Assembly (NCBI GenBank): GCA_002269645.1
Contig: NIVC01001234.1
Span: 1 to 64,000 of the forward strand
Direction of reading: 5' to 3'
Source of the DNA: Macrostomum lignano
Lineage: Eukaryota
DNA: 64,000 nucleotides
In this document: positions 50,147-61,400 of the stretch, one piece after another
How positions within the stretch are numbered: the first letter of the stretch is position 1
How the letters are laid out: every line of letters starts with the position of its first letter
Notes under the pieces: model-generated
The model's database searches: none
Seen by the model: the letters and a program-made list of their open reading frames with translations, nothing else
Told to the model about the DNA's origin: nothing
Program-made: the position numbers and the translations under genes

Positions 50147-53100
50147 TTAGAATGTCACTGGCTGGCCGTAGCGATCCGGCGGCCGTCGCAACCTTCCGGA
50201 CCTTCGAGGCTCAGGTGCAGCTTCCACCGGGTTATGAGTAGGCTGCGGGTCGTCAACCAACTCCATCTGCTCTTCCAGCACCTCGGCGACTTCCTCAGCG
50301 TCCTGTGGCGGCATCAGTTGAGGCCGAGTCCAAGTCTCGCATTCCGCATCTGCCTCCGAGTCCGTCTCGTCGACCACTTCCGGCGGTGCCGCGGTCCTAA
50401 CTGGTGTTTCCAGGGCGGCCGGTCGAGCGAACTTCCGGAGGTTGTTGAAGTGGACGAACTTCGACTTTTTACGATTTGACGGGTTTTCCACTTTGAAGAG
50501 CACCTCGGATCTTCTTTCGAGCACCTTCACTGGGCCGAGCCAGCTTACGTGAAACTTTGCGGCTTCGTCTGGTTTCAGGGCGGGGCTGTAGACGAAGACA
50601 TGGTCACCCTCCTGAATATCGGATCCTCGGGTTCTTTTATCGTACTGGTCCTTCTGTCGCCGCTGATAAGTATTCAACTGCTGTCGAGCAGCGCGATGAG
50701 CTGTCTGCAATTTGTCTTCTAGCTCCTTGACGAAATTTACATGCGAATCGACAGGCTGTGGCGGCTGGTCAGTCAAGTCTATCGGTAGGCGCATCTCCGT
50801 GCCATAGACCATGTAGTGGGGAGTATAACCCGTTGCTCGATGCACGCTTGATCGGTACGCCATTAACGCAGAGCTGACGAATTCTTCCCAGTCGTTTCGT
50901 CCTGAGTCCTCTAGGCAGCACTTGAGGATGGATTTTAAACTTTTATTGAAGTTTTCTACTTGTCCATTTCCGCTCGGATGATAAGCTGTTGTTCTGGACT
51001 TGCGGATCTCGAGTATCCTGCACATTTCGCGCATCACTTGCGATTCGAAGTTTCTTCCTTGGTCACTGTGCAAAGTACTCGGACACCCATGCTGGCTAAT
51101 CCATCGATTGAAAAGCGCCCTTGCCACCGTCCTTGCCTTCTGGTTGCGAAGCGGGTACGCGTCAGGCCACTTCGTAAACGAATCTTGGACTGTCAGGAGA
51201 TAAATGTTTCCAGCCTTACTCCGCGGTAGCGGCCCGACAATGTCCATCATGACGCAATCGAATGGTGCTGCGAATGTCAACGGTTGCAGGGGTGCTCGGT
51301 TTCGCTTGCCCGGCTTTGACTTGCAGCAGGTGGCACAACCGCGAATATATTCTTCAATGGCACGAGACAATCCTGGACGCCAGTAGCGCTGAAGCACTTT
51401 AAATTTTGTCTTCGCAAAGCCCATGTGGCCACCTCCCACTCCCTCGTGTAGGGTTTTCAAGATACGATCCAATGCCTTTCGTGGCAGCACCATTTGATAC
51501 TCATCGCGCCTGTCTTTGTTTCTCACAAGGAGCACGTTCTCTTGCAGCACCAGGTCGTCTTTTCGAGTCCAGACGGCTCTAGCCAGTGGACTCCAAGCTG
51601 TCTCGCTTTTATCTGGAACTGGGTTTGAGCCAAGCGCTTCCTTTACTGTTCTCAAATCGTCGTCTTGATCCTGCTCGCTTGCCAGATTGCCGGCTGAGAA
51701 TCGTTCAAATTCGACTGCATTTAGTCCTTCTGGATGCTGCGCACATGCCGGGCATGTCTCCGCTCCGAAATGTCTCCGTACTGGCTTCCTCGACATTGCG
51801 TCCGCGTTGCCATGCGATCGACCTGGTCTGTGAACGATGCGGTACTGAAATGGAGCCAACTCTCCAACCAGCGAGCAACCTGTCCCTCGGCGTCACTGAA
51901 GTTTTTTAACCATTGCAGGCTGCTGTGGTCCGTTCGCAGACAGAACGCTTTTCCAAGCAGATAGTATCTGAACTTCATGATGAAAGTCACAACCGCTAGT
52001 AGTTCTAAACGAGTCGTACAATAGTTGCGTTCGGCTTGATTTAGTGTCTTGGACCCATAGGCGATCACTCGTTCTGCTCCATCTGGCTGGACTTGAGAAA
52101 GTACCGCTCCTATGCCCATCTTCGAACTGCCATCAGTATCGAGGATAAACTCTCCGGCATCCGGGGAGAAATCCGGATGAGCCATAACCTCTGAACTTGT
52201 CATTCGTTCCTTCAATGTTTCGAACGCCAGCTGCTGTTCCGTTTTCCATTCAAACTTTGCGTCTTTTGTTGTCAATCGAGTTAGAGGCGCTGCTATTGCG
52301 GCGAAATCTTTAATAAACTTTCTGTAATAGCCACACAGGCCCAAGAATGAATGCAGCTCCGTCGAGGATCGCGGTGTTGGCCAGTTCTTCACTTCTTGAA
52401 CTTTCTCCTCATCGGTACTGATGCCAGCAGCCGACAGCGTGTGACCGAGAAATTTCACTTGCTTTTGCAAAAAGTGACACTTCTGGGGCTTCAGGCACAA
52501 ATTTGCTTGCCGCAACTTGCTGAATATTTCCTCCAGTCTTCTCAGGTGTTCATCCACGTCGGTTGACCAAACCAGTAGATCGTCGATGTAGACGAGACAG
52601 GTTTTCCACATCTGCTTGTCCAGAACGGCTGCCATCAACCTGGTGAATGTTGCTGGGCTGTTCACTAAGCCGAACGGCATAACCTTCCATCGAAATTGTC
52701 CGCGATGCGGCACTGCAAACGCCGTCTTGTCCTGATCCTGAGGTCTCACCCCTACTTGCCAAAACCCGCTGTGAAGGTCCATTGTCGAGAAGATCTTGGC
52801 GCCGTGTACTGCCTCCAGCGCATCATCGACCCTCGGCATCGGCACTGCATCCTTGACGGTGACCTCATTCAACTTCCGATAATCGACGCACATCCTCATT
52901 TCCCCTGATTTCTTCTTTACACACACCAAAGGAAAGCACCATGGTGACTGTGCTTCTTCGATCTGCCCCTTTTCCAGCAACTCGTTGACTTGACGATCTA
53001 CTTCTGGCTGTAAGTGGGGAGGCAGACGACGCGGTGGGATCTTGATTGGGCGCGCATTCTCGGTGTTAATTTCATGCTCCACCACGGTAGTTAACTTGCT

Positions 53101-55058
53101 TGAAGTCTGCTTGGTCGTGAACACATCGCTGTAACTCCGGACAAGGATTCTAAATTCTTCGTCTTCTTTCGTCGACAGTCCACAGTCGCCGTACGAGTTT
53201 GGTAGCAAGTCTGCTTCCGAAGGGCTGTTGCTGCCTTGGACCTTCGGCTCTTCCTGTGGATCGTCTCCTGACTCTACGGCTAAGAGCTTGATGGTGTTCA
53301 ACGGTTCGGTGGATTCTAGGGGGCAGAACCACCCGAGCGTACAACCTTGGCGAATTCTGACTGGCTCCTCCGTGATATTGATGAGTCGAGTCGGCAGACG
53401 GCTGCCGCTATTTGGGATCACTAAGGCCTTAGCAAGCCAGCGGCCAGCTGCCAAATCGTTCGCCCGAGATTCTCAGTTAGGCCGACACACCCTCTGTTCC
53501 GTCGTCCTTTGCTCTCCAGCCTTGCTGACAGAACTGCTTGATGACCTGGCGGTATTGTGCTGGACCTTGTCGCCAAAATTCTGCAAACGATCGGGCGCTC
53601 AGCTTGCCATCGGAACGGGATTGCAGTGTCCTGCACTGAAAAGACAGCTGTCTTGTAGTCGATGACGCAACTGTTGTCCCTGCAGAAGTCGGATCCCAAT
53701 ACCAGTTGGTACTTCACTCCGCTGACTACCAAGGCTGGAGTATCTATTACTTTATCAGCGATTGACATTCGCAACAGGACTGTTCTCTCGATTTCGATCG
53801 GGCTGCCGTTTGCTAAGCTAACGTAGCCTTCAGCACCGGCCAAATCTCTGACGCTCTGTTTCGGCATACTTTGGTAAGCTTCCCGTGAGATAATGGTGCA
53901 GGAAGCTCCCGAGTCCACTAGCGCGTTCACCCTCCGCCCTGCGATTGAGGCCGTAACATATATCGACGCAGGATTGATTTGAATTGACTGAGGTGCGTTG
54001 ACGGTGATTGGGCGCTGCGACTGTGCAAAACCGGCTAGTTGATGGTGAGGTGCAGTACCGGACGCTGGAGGCTGATGAGGCACTGTACCGGACACTGGAT
54101 GCTGATGAGACGCAGTACCGGACACTGGAGGCTGATGAGACGCAGTACCGGACACTAGAGGCTGATGAGACGCAGTACCGGACACTGGAGGCTGATGAGA
54201 CGCAGTACCGGACACTGGATGTTGATGAGGTACTGTACCGAACACTGGATGCTGATGAGACGCAGTACCGGACACTGGATGATGAGACGCTGTACCGGAC
54301 ACTGGATGCTGATGAGGCGCAGTACCGGACACTGGATGCTGATGAGACGCAGTACCGGACACTGGAGGCTGATGAGACGCTGTACCGGACACTGGATGCT
54401 GATGAGGCGCAGTACCGGACACTGGATGCTGATGAGCCGCAGTACCGGACACTGGATGCTGATGAGGTACTGTACCGGACACTGGAGGCTGACGAGACGC
54501 AGTACCGGACACTGGAGGCTGATGAGACGCTGTACCGGACACTGGATGCTGATGAGGCGCAGTACCGGACACTGGATGCTGATGAGCCGCAGTACCGGAC
54601 ACTGGATGCTGATGAGGTACTGTACCGGACACTGGAGGCTGATGAGACGCAGTACCGGACACTGGATGTTGATGAGGTACTGTACCGAACACTGGATGCT
54701 GATGAGACGCAGTACCGGACACTGGAGGCTGATGAGACGCTGTACCGGACACTGGATGCTGATGAGGCGCAGTACCGGACACTGGATGCTGATGAGCCGC
54801 AGTACCGGACACTGGATGCTGATGAGGTACTGTACCGGACACTGGAGGCTGATGAGACGCAGTACCGGACACTGGATTCTGATGAGACACAGTACCGGAC
54901 ACTGGAGGCTGATGAGATGAAGTACCGGACACTGGATGCTGATGAGGCGCAGTACCGGGCGTTTGATGATGATGAGATGAGATGACGGCTTGTTCGGAGG
55001 CTGACGAATTGCAGGGGCTCACTTGCCTCCAGCTGGTGGGCCCCTCTTGCCTTTTCCC
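50147..55058 (-). CDS. pol: pol of element 1: transframe linker with minisatellite, protease, RT, RNase H, integrase (two 1-nt frameshifts, ~53440 and ~51860)
   Basis: Protease ALVDSGAS, RT LVYIDDLL, RNase H FILDTDGS...TDHSSLQWL, integrase HHCC (H...GHMG...CATC), D,D(35)E core (MMDIVG...SDQGRNF...VENFN) and GPY/F-like LGPVKV. Confidence 0.95.
54060..54965. repeat. 30-bp in-frame minisatellite encoding (HQHPVSGTAS)n in the gag-pol linker
   Basis: About 30 copies; frame-preserving unit. Confidence 0.95.
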
Positions 55059-55939
55059 GGCTTTGGGCACTGGAATGAGAGATGGCCTATCTCCCCGCAG
55101 TTGTAGCACTTGACACCGCTACGCTGCTTCGAGCTGGACGGAGCCGCCTGCTTGGATTGTTGCTTGTCTTGAAGGCCGGGTTCGGGCGGCTCCTGCTGGC
55201 CCTGCTGCATCTGCTCCATCCGTCGGATCTTTTCTTCCATTTCCTTTACTTTTTGACGCAGTTGGCGTAGCTCCTCGTCTTTGCCGGTGTCACCTGTCGA
55301 CGTTTCGGTGGCAAAGGCATTCAGCCCAGCCCTGGGTCTGGCTTTGGACTGGGTCGAAGACGCCTTCTGGGCTGCTTCAAGTTGTCTTACTGTTCGAATG
55401 GCATCGGTGAGGTTGGCCGGCTGCTGCAGGTACAGTCTTTCTCGGACAGTGTCGGTTACTCGAACGCCTTTTAGAAATCTGTCTTTCGCCAGCTCTGTCC
55501 TGGTGTCGGCATCCGCGGTGGGGAAGGCATTGCGCACCAACTCCAGCAGCTCGTCCCCGTAGGTCTCCACAGACTCCTTGTCTAGCTGATCTCGATTCGA
55601 TAATTCAAAACGGTAGTCCTGGGCTGTTCTGTTCATGGTGAACCGCGCCAGTAGTGCATCCGTGAATTCCCCGTACTCGATGTCGTCTGCCAAGTCCAGC
55701 TTATCAACGGCAGCGTAGGCTGTTGTGAGGTCGAGTAGGCCGATCAGGTGCGGCCGCCTGGCTTCTTCTTCTATACCGACAGCCTCGCAGTACTCGTTGA
55801 AACTCTGCAGCCATAGGCTGAAATTCATCGTTGGTATGTACTTGGGCGGCTTCGAGAGTCGTGGCGCTGCTCGGTCGGCGTTGGCTCTGAGGCGCGCAGC
55901 CAGCGCATCGATCAGTTGGTCCATAGCTTGATCACCCAT
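55019..55939 (-). CDS. gag: gag of element 1 (306 aa) with CCHC zinc knuckle
   Basis: ATG in GCCATGG context; retrotransposon capsid-like core and CYNCGEIGHLSFQC. Confidence 0.93.
   Translation of the reverse strand: MGDQAMDQLIDALAARLRANADRAAPRLSKPPKYIPTMNFSLWLQSFNEYCEAVGIEEEARRPHLIGLLDLTTAYAAVDKLDLADDIEYGEFTDALLARFTMNRTAQDYRFELSNRDQLDKESVETYGDELLELVRNAFPTADADTRTELAKDRFLKGVRVTDTVRERLYLQQPANLTDAIRTVRQLEAAQKASSTQSKARPRAGLNAFATETSTGDTGKDEELRQLRQKVKEMEEKIRRMEQMQQGQQEPPEPGLQDKQQSKQAAPSSSKQRSGVKCYNCGEIGHLSFQCPKPGKGKRGPPAGGK
55052..55058 (-). promoter_or_regulatory. -1 ribosomal frameshift slippery site G GGA AAA with a downstream stem
   Basis: X XXY YYZ heptamer in the gag frame; the -1 frame is the pol ORF (GKRQEGPTSW). 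A 6-nt spacer is followed by an AGGGGC...GCCCCT stem. Confidence 0.8.
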
Positions 55940-56140
55940 GGCCGAAGTCACTGAATACCGTTGCTACTCTTTACTCTGAGGTGGTGATAGCTATCGATCT
56001 CTGATAACCAATCAGTTGTCTGTCACCGTGATCAATGTCTTTTGCGGTAGGGCAATAGCCGCAAGCGATAAGCAACAGTCGTTTTAATAAGAAAAAACGC
56101 TCACAATATGACAGCAATTTTCATAGAAAGCAACTGAGCC

Positions 56141-56187
56141 GACTTTCAATCTGAGGGTCCAGGGTTCGAGTCCCTGTTCGGGCGCCA
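56141..56187 (-). promoter_or_regulatory. Primer-binding site for tRNA-Lys(UUU), extended to 47 nt
   Basis: Minus strand TGGCGCCCGAACAGGGAC starts 3 nt from the LTR; the plus strand reproduces the tRNA-Lys 3' half from the anticodon arm through CCA. Confidence 0.9.
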
Positions 56188-56190
56188 ATT

Positions 56191-57418
56191 TGTTGTGACC
56201 CGGGTCGGCTTGGGTGCCCAGTCCGAGTACAATATATATTATATGTGATATAACAGGCGTTGTGACGCTCTGTCTGTACTTTTATGAATACGACGAGCAG
56301 GCGTGGCGACGCTCTGCGATAATAATTCGATCCCTCTGGTGTTGTGACACTCAGAGTTCACGCTGCGGCTCGAGGTGTGGTGACACTCTCGAGTGCTTCT
56401 ATTCTCTATACCGTAGGGCGTACGCAATATATATGGTAAACGGTACCGTACTACAGAAGCTATATGGTCTCCCGGCGTTATGACGCTCTGGCAAGAATTC
56501 GGCCTAGCAAGCTTCCCGAAAAGAAAGGACTCAAACAGCAGGCGGCTTACCAGTGGCCAGATGACTGTTCACCGTTTATTATTCGCAGGTCTCAAGCGCA
56601 GTTTCCGACTTCTTCTTAATTCTCCAAGACTCTTCTCGATTAGGCTATTGTGTTTCTTTTATCGAAGTAGCTAATGTTGCTGTTTCTTTTATCGAAGTAG
56701 CTAATGTTGCTGTTTCTTTTATCGAAGTAGCTAATGTTGCTGTTTCTTTTATCCAAGTAGCTAATGTTGCTGTTTCTTTTATCGAAGTAGCTAATGTTGC
56801 TGTTTCTTTTATCCAAGTAGCTAATGTTGCTGTTTCTTTTATCCAAGTAGCTAATGTTGCTGTTTCTTTTATCGAAGTAGCTAATGTTGCTGTTTCTTTT
56901 ATCGAAGTAGCTAATGTTGCTGTTTCTTTTATCCAAGTAGCTAATGTTGCTGTTTCTTTTATCGAAGTAGCTAATGTTGCTGTTTCTTTTATCGAAGTAG
57001 CTAATGTTGCTGTTTCTTTTATCGAAGTAGCTAATGTTGCTGTTTCTTTTATCAGGTCTCGCGCTTGCACTCTCGGAGCACACCAAAACACAAAAAGCAC
57101 GCAGGTGGTGGGCAAGAGCCAGAGTCGCACCATAAATAGCACCCAAACCCTGGGCAGACGGCCCCACCGGCTAAGCTCACCAAAACAAGCCACGCCGGCC
57201 CAGCCAATCAAAACCCCGCCTAAGGGGGGAGGGGCAGCACCCGCGCCAAAGCTGGCCCGGCCGCAGCCAACCAGCCCTGAGCACGGGGCAGGGGCACGGC
57301 TGGGGAGGGGCACGCGCAAAGCCCGGCCGGCGGCCAAACCCTGCCACGCCCGCCAACCCCCCCAACCAGCCCCAAAGTGCAACGCGCCCTGCCAACTGAC
57401 AAGGGCGCATGCACTACA
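56191..57418 (-). repeat. 5' LTR of element 1 (1228 bp; 13 copies of the internal 30-bp unit)
   Basis: Matches 46356-47734 apart from array copy number and three small indels. Confidence 0.97.
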
Positions 57419-58414
57419 TTTGGAAAATATTATTTAAGACCGTCCAAAACAGACTGCTGTTGAATTCTTTAAACGGATTTAGCAAAAATTTGCTAGATTG
57501 GCTTGGTTTCCGGTCTCCGGTAGCACTCGTAGTTTAACAAAACACCAACTTGCTTCATAGGAAATTCTTAAGTCCTGGTGGTAAGATATTGTCAATTTGT
57601 CAAATCAAACGATTTCCTTCTACTTTAGCTGTCCATGAAGTGCATCTTATCAGCAATAAATTTTTGCAAATCGTCCATACTACACGCGTACTGCACTGCA
57701 CTGAAAGTCAACTTCGAAAGTAAAGTACGAGCGAGTGTCACAGAATTAATTTTGTTTAAATAAACCAAGTATTGAGCAAAACGCAGCAGAAACGAGTTTT
57801 TGATTAACAGAAAAGTTTACTACTGAAGTCTCTGGCTTCAATTGTCTGTCACTGTACTCGACGCAAAGCAGCATGCGATTACAGTTGTCCTTGTACTGAG
57901 CTGGACTGATGAAACTAAGAGAATTTTCATGAGAATTTTCATGACATTTAAATTAATAAGTTTACAAAACCAACATTGCATCAAGCTCGTGCTGGCGTAC
58001 CCCAGAGAACTTTGCACGCAAAAATATTTTCGGAAACTATTCTAAGAAATCTCATTTTGAATTGAACTTGTGCTTATTGAATTCCGTTACAATTTGGTTC
58101 CGAATAGGAAATGTTTGATCTGGACTTCCGAATTGCTACTTGATCAAGAAGGCGCTTTGTCCGAGGTTCGCTCACCTTATTGTCGAGCTGTGACTCGCCT
58201 AGCTGTGACTACCGGAAATGTCACTGGAGATTGGAAAGCAAGCAATGCTCCAGCTAAGTCTCAGTTCTCCTACCTGCTTAGTTGTGTTGCTATAGCCCAA
58301 TTCTACTCGCGAAAGAGTTTTGTCCATGGTAAAAATAATATGACAATCAATGTCAAATATTTGCAAAATCCATTCCGAGAGCGTTTTTCCGGTCTTCAAT
58401 AATTGTTTTGCTGC

Positions 58415-61400
58415 TGTTGCATTCTTGTAAATAAATAAGAATGATATTGATTGTCCAAGGCTCCTAACTGAGCCAAAACCAAGAAAACAAGTATCGCCCT
58501 CTGGCGCGCACCAGGTCTATTTATAGACTTATCAAAAATGGGGTGGCACAAAGAAAAGTCCACCGTCACACCCTCCACCAAAAGATCGAAGCCGGAAAAA
58601 TCGCAAGCCAAAAATCAATCGCAGGGTCACGCAAAGTTCGGATATGTCTTACAAAAAAACAATGCAAACTTGGCCACTAACGACTTTAATAAAAGTTAAA
58701 TCGCTCAGTCAGTCTCTAAATCACTTGGTCAGTCACTAAATCACTTGGTCGGTCACTAAATCACTTGGTCGGTCACTAGCCCAGATCCTGCTGAGACCAT
58801 CGGCCACCGTGTTGCTTTCGCCTGGCTGGTACTGGATCTCGTAGTCATAGCCGGACAGATAGAAGGCCCACCGCTGGAGTCGTGGGTTGGCGTGGTCCAT
58901 CTGCAGGTACTGCAGCGGCTTATGGTCGGACTTGATGACGAACCGGCGGCCTAGCAGGTAGTGCCGCAGCTTCTCGACCGCCCAGCGCACGGCGAGGCAC
59001 TCCTTCTCGATCGTCGTGTAGCTCCGCTCCGCCGAAGTCAGCCGCCGAGATACGAATAGCACGGGATGGATGCCGTCCTCGAACTCTTGCGTTAGCACCG
59101 CGCCGATCCCAGTCTCCGAGCTGTCAGTCTCCAAGGTGAACTGCCGACTGTAGTCCGGCGCGCGCAGCACCGGCTCGCTCGCCAGCAGAGATTTCACAGT
59201 CTCGAAGGCTCGCGTCTGCTGCTCTCCCCAGGCCGCCGTCAGGTCATCGGGTGCCGACTTCTTTGTGAGGTCCGTCAGGGCCGCCACCTTTTCTGAGTAA
59301 TCGGGCACGAACCGACGGTAGTGGTTGAGCACTCCGAGCACAGATCGCAGCTGAGCCTTGGTCCGGGGCTGAGCCAGCGCCGTGATTGTCCGCACTCGGT
59401 CCTCGCTTGTACCGATCTCGCCTCCGCCGAGCTTGAAACCCAGGTAGTCAGCAGAGTTGCCGCCCAGGTAGCACTTTCGGGTTGCACCGTTAGACCGGCA
59501 GCCTTAAGGCGACCGAATACTTCCCTCAGGTCCTCGACGTGCTGCTCGAATGTCGCGCTAAACACGGCGATGTCATCGATGTAGGAGTCCGCGTTGTCCA
59601 GCCCTTGGAACAGCTTGTCCATGAGCCTCTGGTACGTCGCGCTGCTGCAGTTTAAGCCCATGGGCATCACAGTAAATTGATACAGCTTGCCGCAGGCCGC
59701 GAAAGCCGTCAATCGCTTTGAATCCTCGTACAGTGGAATTTGCCAGTAGCCCTTGCAGCAGTCCAGCTTAGATATGAACTTGGCCTTGGCGACCCGCTCC
59801 AGTAGGTCCTCGATGTTCTTCATCGGATAGGAGTCGAAGGCCACCAGCTCATTCAGCGCCTTGAAGTTGACAGTGAACCGGACTGAGCCGTCCTTCTTGG
59901 CCACCAGACAGACCGGGGAGCAGTAGTCACTGTCAGATGGTTCGATCACCCCGAGGTCCAGCATGCGTTGAATCTCCTCTTGGAGCACCTGCCGATGCGC
60001 CTGCGGCTCCCGTCGCGGCCGGATGCGCACTACGCGGTCAGATGTCGTCCGGATACGGTGCTCCACTAGGTCAGTCCTGCCCGGGATCTCGCTGAAGACG
60101 CCCGCGAAGTCCTGCACCAGCTGCAGAAGACGATCTCTCTCGGCCGGTGTCAGATGTTCGGACAACTCAGGAGCACTCGTAGCTGCCGCTGGAAGCTGCA
60201 TCAAAACCGCCTCTCGTGAATTGTACTTCTTAAGCAGGTTGACATGAAACGTGTTTGTCGCAGGGCCCATCCGGATCCGGTAGTTCACATCGCTGCACCT
60301 CTCCAGTACTTCATAGGGACCGCGCCATTCAGCGTGAAGCTTCTTGGATGACGATGGCAGCAGCAGCAGCACCTTATCTCCGGGCTGCAACTCTCGTTCC
60401 CGCGACTGCCGGTCGTACCAGAGTTTCTGACGCTTCCGTGCTAGCTCTTCGCTGTTCCGTGCCGCTTCCTGGCCAGCCCGCAGTCGGTCTCTCTGGGCCA
60501 GCACGAACGAGATGATGTCCTTCTTCTCTTCGGAGAGCTGCTCATCCCAGGTCTGCCGCAGTAGATCTAGCGGGCCCCGCACAGTGCGTCCATACAAAAG
60601 TTCGAATGGGGAGAAGCCAGTTGTTTCGTTGGGCACCTCCCGAATGGCGAACAGCAGATACGGTAGGTACTGGTCCCACTTCTTTTTCTCGCGAGCTGGT
60701 AGTCTCCTCAACATGTTCTTGAGAGTGCCGTGGAACCTCTCCACCAACGCCTGGCTTTGCGGATGGTACGGCGTCGACTGGATGCCCTCGACCCCGGTAC
60801 ACCGGTACAGGGCCTGCAGCAGTGCTGATGAAAAGTTAGTACCCTTATCGCTCTGGATCTCCCTCGGGAATCCGGTCCTCACGAAGCAGTCCACCAATGC
60901 CTTCGCTACGGACTCAGCGTCGATCTTTCGCAGCGGGACTCCTTCGGGGAATCGAGTAGCCGCATCGATAATCGACAGGATGTACTGGTGACCACTCGCA
61001 GTCCTCGTATACGGTCCACTGATATCGATGATAACTTTGGTGAAGGCCTCCTCCACTCCAGGCACTTGGACTAGTGGCACCTTGTGATTGCCTGGGACTC
61101 GAGCCGTCTTCTGACACTTGTCGCACGTTGCTACGAAGTCCTTCACGTCCTTTGTCATCGTTGGCCACCAGAATCGCTGTTCCAGTCGTTGACAAGTCTT
61201 CCTTGTTCCCAAGTGGCCAGCGAATGCACTCTCGTGGGCCTGGGACAGCGCCGTAGCACGCAGAGCCTTCGGAAGCACCAGTTGGTCCTCTCCAGCTGCT
61301 TGATGCCGAAACAGTCTGCCGCGGCTTTCCTTCACCAAGTCGTTGGTTTGTACCGCTGCTTGCAACTCCTTGTCGTCTTGTAGGGCCGCCTCGTAATCCA

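Larger units (their letters stand above)
46356..57418 (-). mobile_element. Full-length Ty3/gypsy LTR retrotransposon 1 (11,063 bp) with an extra J-domain ORF
   Basis: Two near-identical LTRs (TGTAG...CAACA on minus), 4-bp TSD TTTG, tRNA-Lys PBS, PPT, gag, and pol in PR-RT-RH-IN order. Confidence 0.97.

Noticed and set aside
54008-54985. Antisense 325-aa (YRTLDADETQ)n ORF
   Set aside because: It is the mirror of the 30-bp in-frame array of pol; no independent evidence.
56141-56187. tRNA-Lys gene
   Set aside because: The 5' half is absent, CCA is encoded, and the position is exactly the LTR primer-binding site.
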